From positions 1-23,042 of IMG/VR virus record IMGVR_UViG_2563366964_000005: a stretch of 23,042 nt of DNA, one strand, 5' to 3'. Positions within the stretch are counted from its first letter, which is position 1. Each line of letters starts with the position of its first letter. The stretch comes from a virus. Taxonomy: Duplodnaviria > Heunggongvirae > Uroviricota > Caudoviricetes. A model generated the notes under the pieces. It made no database searches. It was not told where the DNA came from and worked only from the letters and a program-made list of their open reading frames with translations. Shown here in pieces: positions 16,117-23,042 of this stretch. The position numbers and the translations under genes are program-made.

Positions 16117-17447
16117 GCTGGGAAGATTCATTACAGGATGCGTCGTTCCGTGGCGTGACCTTTGACGTTGTTAACACCCGTGACAGCGCCAGCCGCGATA
16201 CGGCAGTCTACGAGTACCCTTATGTTGATGGCGGTGACGTTGACGACCTGGGGCGCAAACCGCGCAACCTGAGAATAACGTCGTTATTCTGGGGGGATGC
16301 CTATGAAACCCGCCTGCAGTCATTCCTTGCGGCGCTCGATAAGCGCGGTAACGCGGAGTTGATTCACCCCGTCTTCGGTTCAATGCCATATATGCAATGC
16401 ATCGAATACCAGGCATCCCATGAGGCTGAAAATGTGGATTACTGCGTTGTTGAGGTGGTTTTCCTGCAGGCGAAGCCGGAAGTGCCTTTCTTTGGCAGCG
16501 ATAATCCTCTCTCGCAGGCTGACATTATTTTCAACCAGGTGCAGTCCACTCTCGATATGGCGCAGACCGCCATCGATAATGTGCTCGCTCCGCTGAGAAC
16601 AGCCAAAAAATGGATGAAGCGTATCAAGGGGCTGGCGACCACCTCGCTGAATATGGTGACCGTTCTTAAAGGTGAGCTGACTGGTTTTGTCAGCACGACA
16701 ACTGACTTTATCAACTACCCCAAAGCCTATATGAACGATTTGCAGAGCGCTCTCAGCCTGACATCGCTCTCGTCAAAATCTTCGGTGAGCAATAACCCAG
16801 GGTCTTATGCCAGCACGTCATCGGACGTCACTGGCGTGGCCGGGATCATAATGGCGGACTGGAAGAGCGGTAATACTTCATTGCAGGAAGTCGCAGCATT
16901 ATCCGAGAAACTGATTACAGGGCAGACCACCTCGGCCGTGGCAACGCCTTCAGGTTCTTCAGTCAGCGATATTGCCGAGCTGGTAACCGCGACGCGAATT
17001 CAGGTTGCGCTGCAGCTGGCGACTGATGCTTCCGATATTCTTAGCGATGAAAGCGTCATCACATTACTTTCACCGGATGATGTTGAACAGATCGCCGGTG
17101 ATACTCGTAAGGCTATTCAACAGGCTATTGACCTGACCCGCGAACTGTTTGCAGACGACACTCAGGCCGTCAGCTCATCAGTCAGCGCGAGCGGTGTAAC
17201 CTGGCAGCCTGTTGTTAATGGTCTGAAAGATATCGCGCTGGCCGTCCAGGAGCTGGGGACCACCGTCATCACTCAGCGACCACCGCTTACCACCAGAACG
17301 GTTGAAGCAGACTGTAACCTGCATTTGCTCGCTCATCTCTGGTATGCAGACTACAGCCGAGCCAGCGAGCTGCTGCGCCTGAATCCGACGCTACGTAACC
17401 CCAATGCACTGAAAGCGGGAGATGTACTGAATGCCTACTCAAGATAA
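16113..17447 (+). CDS. DNA circularisation protein, Mu N-like
   Basis: 444 aa; GTG start overlapping the tape-measure stop; position and sequence character. Confidence 0.75.
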   Translation: MSWEDSLQDASFRGVTFDVVNTRDSASRDTAVYEYPYVDGGDVDDLGRKPRNLRITSLFWGDAYETRLQSFLAALDKRGNAELIHPVFGSMPYMQCIEYQASHEAENVDYCVVEVVFLQAKPEVPFFGSDNPLSQADIIFNQVQSTLDMAQTAIDNVLAPLRTAKKWMKRIKGLATTSLNMVTVLKGELTGFVSTTTDFINYPKAYMNDLQSALSLTSLSSKSSVSNNPGSYASTSSDVTGVAGIIMADWKSGNTSLQEVAALSEKLITGQTTSAVATPSGSSVSDIAELVTATRIQVALQLATDASDILSDESVITLLSPDDVEQIAGDTRKAIQQAIDLTRELFADDTQAVSSSVSASGVTWQPVVNGLKDIALAVQELGTTVITQRPPLTTRTVEADCNLHLLAHLWYADYSRASELLRLNPTLRNPNALKAGDVLNAYSR

Positions 17448-18636
17448 AAGCTCGCAGGACAAGGTGAGCCTGATTATTGATGGCAAAGTCCACAGTTCCT
17501 GGAGTCGTTATCAGATTGATTCTGATTTTCTGGTGCCCGCTGACGCCTGGAGTGTGACGATGGGGCTACCTGATGGCGTATTCCCGGCCTCAATTGCGCG
17601 GGGCGTGCCTGTGCTGGTTCGCGTAGGGGATGACGTAGTGATGTCCGGTCGTGTGGATACTATTCAACGTCGCGTATCACGCCAGCAGGTATCTCTGGGG
17701 ATTTCTGGCCGCGATGGTTCTGCCGTCCTTGTGGATTGCGCATCTCCCGTATTCACCTCCCGTCAACTGAGCCTGGAAGAAGTTATCGCTCAGGTGGTCA
17801 GGCCGCTCGGGGTACGAAATATCCGTCTGCAGGCTGAGTCGTCGATGCAGAGCGATAAAGTCAGCGTTGAGCCAGGGGAGCGAGCCTGGGACACTCTGGA
17901 ACGCGCCGCTGCCGCCAGAGGGCTCTGGCCATGGTTTGAGCCTGACGGCACGCTGGTTATCGGTGGTCCGGATTACACGGCCGACCCGGTGGCTACTCTG
18001 GTGCTTAACCGTGATGGCCGTGGGAATAATATTCTCGACCTCAGCGATCGCTCATCTGTGAATGGCTCTTTTTCCGAACTGACCGTACTGGCTCAGGGAC
18101 ACGCTCAGGGTTCTAAGTCTTCCTCAGGGACTGAGATTATCGATGTTTACAGTGATGATGGTGACGACGACAGTGACAATGACCTGTTGACGACGGTTGG
18201 TTCCCCCGAGAGTGGTTTCCATGGTCTCCGCAGTGTCGTTCGTGACCCGAGTGTCTCCTTTTACAGACCTCAAATCATGGTTGTGGGTGATGCTGATAAC
18301 CAGGCGCAGGTTGACTATCGGGCTAAAAAAGCCATGGCAGATGCCCGGCTCAGTGGTTATGAGTTAACCGCTGTAGTGAAAGGTCATCGCATGGAGAGCG
18401 GCAAGCTCTGGGCTCCAGGTCAGCGTATTCGTGTACGCAGCGAGCCCCATGGTATCGACGATATTTTCTTTCTGATGGGCCGGGAATTTAGCGGTGGCCG
18501 CCCCGATAACACCGTCACCACGCTCAGGCTTAAAGAGGATGGTATCTGGATACCCGATGCTTATCCTAAAAAACGCAAACTGCGTAAAAGCCGCGCTAAG
18601 GTTAATAAAAAGCTGGAGATTATTGATGTGGAATAA
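17431..18636 (+). CDS. tail/baseplate hub protein, Mu P-like
   Basis: 401 aa; position; contains an acidic DDGDDDSDND tract. Confidence 0.75.
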   Translation: MPTQDKSSQDKVSLIIDGKVHSSWSRYQIDSDFLVPADAWSVTMGLPDGVFPASIARGVPVLVRVGDDVVMSGRVDTIQRRVSRQQVSLGISGRDGSAVLVDCASPVFTSRQLSLEEVIAQVVRPLGVRNIRLQAESSMQSDKVSVEPGERAWDTLERAAAARGLWPWFEPDGTLVIGGPDYTADPVATLVLNRDGRGNNILDLSDRSSVNGSFSELTVLAQGHAQGSKSSSGTEIIDVYSDDGDDDSDNDLLTTVGSPESGFHGLRSVVRDPSVSFYRPQIMVVGDADNQAQVDYRAKKAMADARLSGYELTAVVKGHRMESGKLWAPGQRIRVRSEPHGIDDIFFLMGREFSGGRPDNTVTTLRLKEDGIWIPDAYPKKRKLRKSRAKVNKKLEIIDVE

Positions 18637-19213
18637 AGTGGATCAGCGGATTAATATGGCTTTAAACCGTATCAGAAACGCATTCAGAGGCGTAATAACT
18701 CGCGTTAACAGCGCGGGGCCTGCGCAGACTATTCAGGGCAAGGGGCTTGGCCCTGAACCGTTACAGGATATAGAACTCTTTCAGCATTATGGTTTCACCT
18801 CTAATCCGCTACCTGGCACGATGGCGGTCGTGTTACCAATTAACGGTAAAACCAGCCACGGTATTGTTATTGCGACGGAGCATGGCCGCTATCGTCTGAA
18901 AGAACTGAAACCGGGAGAAGTTGCACTGTATACGGATGAAGGCTGCAATATTGTTCTTAAACGCGGGAAAATTATTGAGGCTAATTGCGATGATTTTATC
19001 GTGAATGCCAAAAATAAATATTCAGTTAATACCGCCGACTATGATGTCAACGCGACAAATAAAGCAAACTTCGATACACCGCTTCTGAAAGCAACGAATG
19101 ACCTTGCTGACGGTACATCCACGCTCAATAAGGTACGTGAAACTTATGACGACCATGACCACGAGCATGGTGGCGATGCAGGAACTACGGATAAACCTAA
19201 TCAGCTGATGTAA
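18626..19213 (+). CDS. baseplate central spike (gpV / Mu gp45-like) with His-rich apex
   Basis: The ORF track lists 18494..19213, but the likely start is the ATG at 18626 (MWNKVDQ...), 7 nt downstream of GGAG. C-terminal DHDHEHGGD resembles metal-binding apex motifs of spike proteins. Confidence 0.7.
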   Translation: MWNKVDQRINMALNRIRNAFRGVITRVNSAGPAQTIQGKGLGPEPLQDIELFQHYGFTSNPLPGTMAVVLPINGKTSHGIVIATEHGRYRLKELKPGEVALYTDEGCNIVLKRGKIIEANCDDFIVNAKNKYSVNTADYDVNATNKANFDTPLLKATNDLADGTSTLNKVRETYDDHDHEHGGDAGTTDKPNQLM

Positions 19214-19248
19214 TTTGTGGTATTTTCCTGTTTACCTTTCTGAAACTA

Positions 19249-19307
19249 ATTAACCCACTGAACCCCTTCAACTCTTACATTATTTCCATTGCCGATACTA
19301 TGTCGGC
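19249..19307 (+). promoter_or_regulatory. second copy of the conserved 18-bp element (19256-19273) plus spacer and perfect 6-bp hairpin (19290-19295/19303-19308) whose 3' arm ends on the A of the ATG at 19308
   Basis: Exact 18/18 repeat of 7468-7485; loop contains TACTAT (19296-19301), a -10-like hexamer about 7 nt upstream of the start codon; no SD. Confidence 0.5.
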
Positions 19308-19658
19308 ATGGAAATGCTAATTGACCCAGTCACCGGCGACTATACCGGTGACAGCACTGACTCCCTGGCCAATGCCGTTTATTTACGGTTAATGACGCCG
19401 CTTGGCTCATGGTGGGCGGCACCATCACTGGGGTCACTTTTGCACACGCTACAGCGGGAAAAAGATACGCCTCGCGTGCGTAAACTCGCCCGCCAGTACG
19501 CAGAGCAGGCGCTTCAGCCTATGCTGGACGATGGCAGGGCCATATCCATTGATATAACGGCAGAACGCTATCAGCCAGGCTGGCTCCTGCTGCTTATCAC
19601 TGTTACGTCTGCCGGTGTTTCACCGCAGACCTGGAAATATCCGGTTAAGGTGAGCTGA
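19308..19658 (+). CDS. baseplate protein, Mu gp46-like (gp25/GPW-type)
   Basis: 116 aa; position between the spike gene and the baseplate J-like gene. Confidence 0.6.
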   Translation: MEMLIDPVTGDYTGDSTDSLANAVYLRLMTPLGSWWAAPSLGSLLHTLQREKDTPRVRKLARQYAEQALQPMLDDGRAISIDITAERYQPGWLLLLITVTSAGVSPQTWKYPVKVS

Positions 19659-20725
19659 TGCCCTTCGTTACTAAAACAACAGCACAAATCCGCGATGAGC
19701 TGTTGCGTGATATTAAAAACCAGCTGCAACTGACTGACGATAAACTGGGTGAAGACAGCGACTGGTTCGTTCGCGCCTCCAGTGTTGCAAGTGTTGCCGA
19801 GGGGCTTTACCAGCATCAGGGCTGGATTGTTCGTCAGATTTTCCCGGATACCGCTGATGCTGAGTATCTCTACCTTCACGCGAGAACCCGAGGGCTTACC
19901 AAGAAACCCGCTAACAGCGCTTCTGGTCCTGCCACCTTTACCGGACAGCCCAACACGACAGCAGCAGCAGGGTTAGTTTTTAAGCGTGACAGCCAGGCAT
20001 GGACAACAACAGCGGAACTGACCATCGGAGCCGATGGCAAAGGCACTGTTAATGCTGTCTCGTCGGCAAAAGGCACCGCCGGTAATACAACCTCAACCAC
20101 CACTGCCATTCTCAGCACGACGCCATCGGGCCTCGACAGTACGGTGACCGTCGGGATGATGTCTGGTGGCACTGACGAAGAGACTGATGCTGAGTTACTG
20201 GCCCGTTTACTCGATGTTATTCGCCGACCGCCTGCAGGCGGCAATAAATATGACTATAAGCGCTGGGCCCTTGAAGTTGCAGGTGTATCAGCTGCGTATG
20301 TCTATCCTCTGCGTCGGGGTCTTGGCACCGTTGATATTGTGATCACCTCTGCCGGTGGTCTGCCGTCTCAGGATGTTATTGATCGTACTCAGGCTCATAT
20401 TGATGACGTACGCCCGGTGACGGCTAAGAACGCCCTGGTTATTGCCCCGACCATTGTCAATTTTGACGTTTCAGTCCAGGTATCTCTGGATGGTCTGACA
20501 CTAGCCGATGCTACTACGCAAATTATCGCTTCTCTTCAGGATGACGACAGTCGCCGTGAACCTGCCGTGCCGTTTATCCGTAGCCAGGCCGGGACACTGA
20601 TATCACTGATTCCAGGAATTACTGACCGCGAATTTATCGCGCCTGCAGCCAATATCTTCCCGGTCGTCAATGAGGAGAAAGTGGAGTGGCTTCGACTCGG
20701 TAATGTGGAGGTTGGATTACTGTGA
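19658..20725 (+). CDS. baseplate J-like protein, Mu gp47-like
   Basis: 355 aa; ATGA overlap with upstream gene; position and size. Confidence 0.8.
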   Translation: MPFVTKTTAQIRDELLRDIKNQLQLTDDKLGEDSDWFVRASSVASVAEGLYQHQGWIVRQIFPDTADAEYLYLHARTRGLTKKPANSASGPATFTGQPNTTAAAGLVFKRDSQAWTTTAELTIGADGKGTVNAVSSAKGTAGNTTSTTTAILSTTPSGLDSTVTVGMMSGGTDEETDAELLARLLDVIRRPPAGGNKYDYKRWALEVAGVSAAYVYPLRRGLGTVDIVITSAGGLPSQDVIDRTQAHIDDVRPVTAKNALVIAPTIVNFDVSVQVSLDGLTLADATTQIIASLQDDDSRREPAVPFIRSQAGTLISLIPGITDREFIAPAANIFPVVNEEKVEWLRLGNVEVGLL

Positions 20726-21294
20726 GCCATTATACCTTACTGAATTTACTGTTACCCAAAGTCAGTTACAGCCCCGGTCAGCCGGTTCTGGCTGCATCTC
20801 TGCAGGCTGAAGCCCGGGTTTTCGACGATGTAGAGAACTCGGCTGAACTTGCTAAAGGGGGCGTCACGCCCTATATGGCCATGAACCTGCTCTCAGACTG
20901 GGAGCGTGTTCTTGGCCTGACAGCTCAGTCCGGGGCCAGCTATCAGCAGCGCCAGCAGCGCGTGCTGGCCAAACTGGCCGAAACGGGCGGACTCAGCATC
21001 CCATACTTCACCCGACTGGCATCCAGCCTTGGATATACCGTCACGATCGATGAACCACAGCCCTTCAGGGCGGGCACTAATCGCGCCGGTGATCGTCTTT
21101 ATGTTGAAGACATTATCTGGGTGTGGGTTGTGAATGTTAAAAACTCCGGAACGCTGGTTTACCGCTTCCGCGCGGGTAATTCTGCCGCTGGTGAACGGCT
21201 TACCTCATTTGGCGACCCGGTTATTGAAGAGGTCTTCCAGGACTTAAAACCGGCTCATACCTTTTGTTATTTCGCCTATCAGGAAAACGCATAA
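20722..21294 (+). CDS. tail/baseplate protein, Mu gp48-like (DUF2313-type)
   Basis: 190 aa; GTG start overlapping upstream stop; sits between the J-like gene and the tail fibre. Confidence 0.7.
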   Translation: MSHYTLLNLLLPKVSYSPGQPVLAASLQAEARVFDDVENSAELAKGGVTPYMAMNLLSDWERVLGLTAQSGASYQQRQQRVLAKLAETGGLSIPYFTRLASSLGYTVTIDEPQPFRAGTNRAGDRLYVEDIIWVWVVNVKNSGTLVYRFRAGNSAAGERLTSFGDPVIEEVFQDLKPAHTFCYFAYQENA

Positions 21295-22034
21295 TGCAAC
21301 CGTTAATGCCGCCCATTAATACCCCTGACAATCTGTTTCACGATGGGAACCCTACAACGGGGGTTGAAGGGACTATAGTCCCCGCAGAACATCTTAATAA
21401 TGAGCAAGGCTCTATTCGCGATGTTCAAAGCGAGATGATTGCCATTCTTACTGCTGCTGCGATGGAACCAGATTCAACTGCTGGTCAGCTTCTGGCAGCG
21501 TTGAATAAACTCTATGCCCCCGGTAACGATACTCTGGGAGCGCTGGCCTCTCTGGTTGGTGCTGCAAACAAACTCCCGTACTTCACTGGTCCTAAAAACG
21601 CGGCCCTGACAGACCTGACGGCTTTCGCCAGAACGTTGCTTGGTCGTAGCGATGCTGAAGGTGTTCTCTCAGACCTTGGTTTGGGAGAAGCGGCAAAGAG
21701 GAATGTGGGGACAGGAGAAAATCAGGTACCGGATATGAACAGCTTTGGTAACTCATTGACCGCCAATGGATACCAGAAATTACCTGGGGGGATGATTATT
21801 CAATGGGGGAGTTTTTATGTCTCACCAACCGGAGGAAGTGTTGGAACAGTTGATATAACATTACCTGTAGCTTTCCCTGCTGCTTGTCGTTCGGTAAACG
21901 CTCTTATTTCAACTAATGATCCTTCTGCCCGTTCTGTGGGCTTTGATATTGGAAGTACCAACAGAACTAAAATCAGATTTACTTACACTTCTGCTACAAC
22001 AAATTCAATTTACTGGATGGCTGTGGGGTATTAA
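21294..22034 (+). CDS. tail fibre protein (short; constant N-terminal part plus a likely exchangeable C-terminal part)
   Basis: The ORF track lists 21264..22034, but the likely start is the ATG at 21294 (TAATG overlap with upstream stop, AGGAAA SD). N-terminus [20 protein letters not shown]...[11 protein letters not shown] is fibre-like; composition turns AT-rich after about 21690. Confidence 0.7.
   Translation: MQPLMPPINTPDNLFHDGNPTTGVEGTIVPAEHLNNEQGSIRDVQSEMIAILTAAAMEPDSTAGQLLAALNKLYAPGNDTLGALASLVGAANKLPYFTGPKNAALTDLTAFARTLLGRSDAEGVLSDLGLGEAAKRNVGTGENQVPDMNSFGNSLTANGYQKLPGGMIIQWGSFYVSPTGGSVGTVDITLPVAFPAACRSVNALISTNDPSARSVGFDIGSTNRTKIRFTYTSATTNSIYWMAVGY
21664..21689. other. candidate serine-invertase crossover site (gix/hix-like): TTCTCTCAGACC-TT-GGTTTGGGAGAA
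   Basis: 26 bp with 12-bp imperfect inverted half-sites (10/12 symmetric) around a 2-bp core, with the ...ACC-NN-GGT... centre typical of Gin/Hin/Cin/Pin sites as I recall them; located in the tail-fibre gene where composition changes. Confidence 0.45.
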
Positions 22035-22036
22035 CT

Positions 22037-22468
22037 ATGGAAAAGACATATTATTTTAATCCCTCTGATTCGGGATTTTATATTTCACCAGATAGCCAAA
22101 CCATTCCTGAGAACGCTACGAAAATAAACTTTACTATTTATTCTGAGTTCGCAGGAGTTGCATGGCCTGATGGTAAAATACTTGGTTCAGATAAAAATGG
22201 TTTTCCAGCATGGCAGGATGCGCCACCACTTACCAGCGAAGAATTAATCTCAATCGCTGAATCAAATAAACAGCGATTAGTTAATCAGGCCAACGAATAC
22301 ATGAACAGTAAACAATGGCCTGGTAAAGCGGCGATTGGTCGTCTGAAAGGTGAGGAACTGGCGCAATATAATTTGTGGCTGGATTATCTGGACGCACTGG
22401 AACTGGTCGATACTTCCAGTGCGCCAGATATTGAATGGCCTACTCCTCCGGCAGTTCAGGCCAGATGA
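22037..22468 (+). CDS. tail fibre assembly protein (chaperone)
   Basis: 143 aa; immediately after the fibre gene; C-terminal DTSSAPDIEWPTPP motif typical of this family. Confidence 0.75.
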   Translation: MEKTYYFNPSDSGFYISPDSQTIPENATKINFTIYSEFAGVAWPDGKILGSDKNGFPAWQDAPPLTSEELISIAESNKQRLVNQANEYMNSKQWPGKAAIGRLKGEELAQYNLWLDYLDALELVDTSSAPDIEWPTPPAVQAR

Positions 22469-23042
22469 CATCCGGCGCGGTACTGGTATCTGTTGCCGTC
22501 ACCGCGTCAATGTAATCCAGCACAGTGTTAAGTCGGGTGGTCTCTGCCTGCATCAGCTTCCGCCCGGCCTGCAATTTCAGTTGAATCAGACTAATGGAAG
22601 CCATTGCAGTATCAATCAGTGACTGACGTTGTGCTTCTGCCGCGTCTACTGCGGCGCTATGCTGTGTCTCAGTATCCGTCACCCATTTCTCACCATCCCA
22701 TTTATCGTATGGCGTTAACGGGGCGATAGTGGTTGTTTTTTCGGGGTAATCACCCGGAGTTGTGATTTCTTTGGCGTCTCCCGTTTCGGTGTTATAGACG
22801 ATTTCACCGCGATGGTCTGGTACATATTCCCATGAGTTAAAATCTGCAGAGCGGCAGATTGCATAACCAGCTTTGTAGGTGCCTGGAGCATCTAAACAGG
22901 AATATGCCGGAATGCCGACACCAACAGCAAGATATTCAGTTGAAGCTGAAATATACTCCCGACTCATGACGTCAAAGTTATAAACAGTAATTTCTCCTGC
23001 CATAGTGGCAATTAATTCACTGTTTAATTCTGCGTTATTCAT
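22440..23042 (-). CDS. second tail fibre assembly protein, opposite orientation (partner of an alternative fibre C-terminus expected beyond the window)
   Basis: 200 aa; HRGEIVY and C-terminal DTSTAPDVIWPELP motifs typical of this family; convergent with and overlapping the + strand chaperone gene by 29 bp; its start codon is at the window edge. Confidence 0.75.
   Translation of the reverse strand: MNNAELNSELIATMAGEITVYNFDVMSREYISASTEYLAVGVGIPAYSCLDAPGTYKAGYAICRSADFNSWEYVPDHRGEIVYNTETGDAKEITTPGDYPEKTTTIAPLTPYDKWDGEKWVTDTETQHSAAVDAAEAQRQSLIDTAMASISLIQLKLQAGRKLMQAETTRLNTVLDYIDAVTATDTSTAPDVIWPELPEE

Larger units (their letters stand above)
21677..23042. mobile_element. putative invertible host-range segment (G-segment-like), left part only; the right boundary and invertase are beyond the window
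   Basis: Candidate crossover site at its left end; AT-rich composition; tail fibre C-terminus plus assembly chaperone on the + strand, then a second chaperone gene convergent on the - strand. Confidence 0.4.

Noticed and set aside
22186-22211. Sequence GATAAAAATGGTTTTCCAG inside the plus-strand chaperone gene resembling half of a hix-like site
   Set aside because: Only one half-site (GGTTTTC...) is convincing; no inverted partner half at the right spacing, and the location inside the chaperone gene is not where crossover sites lie in known inversion systems.
1-23042. Scan for CRISPR arrays, tRNA/rRNA genes, IS elements and diversity-generating retroelement repeats near the fibre
   Set aside because: No regularly spaced direct repeats, no tRNA-like cloverleaf candidates, no transposase-like ORF and no template/variable repeat pair were seen by eye; a reverse transcriptase gene, if any, would be outside the window.

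Overview
The window reads as one almost gap-free, plus-strand late operon of a Mu-like contractile-tailed phage or prophage, with enterobacterial-looking composition. All family assignments below are from recall of protein features and gene order, not from any search. In order: a 5'-truncated membrane-protein ORF; an Rz-like i-spanin with an embedded Rz1-like o-spanin lipoprotein; two small membrane/coiled-coil proteins; a terminase small-subunit candidate; a small unknown ORF; terminase large subunit; Mu gp29-type portal; Mu F-like and G-like morphogenesis proteins; a ~400 bp insertion carrying a small membrane ORF; Mu I-like protease/scaffold; a small head-associated protein; Mu T-like major head protein; gp35/36/37/38-like proteins; tail sheath; tail tube; a tail assembly chaperone pair joined by a -1 frameshift; tape measure; Mu N-like and P-like proteins; central spike; gp46-, gp47- and gp48-like baseplate proteins; a short tail fibre; and two convergent tail-fibre assembly genes. 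The most interesting signals are: (1) an 18-bp sequence repeated exactly at two places, each followed about 35 nt later by a hairpin abutting a start codon that has no Shine-Dalgarno; (2) a dnaX-type A_AAA_AAG slippery site at which the -1 frame opens; (3) a candidate serine-invertase crossover site inside the tail-fibre gene at a GC-to-AT transition, with convergent assembly-chaperone genes, suggesting a G-segment-like invertible host-range switch that runs off the window; (4) small uncharacterised ORFs at module junctions. No tRNA, rRNA or CRISPR array was seen.
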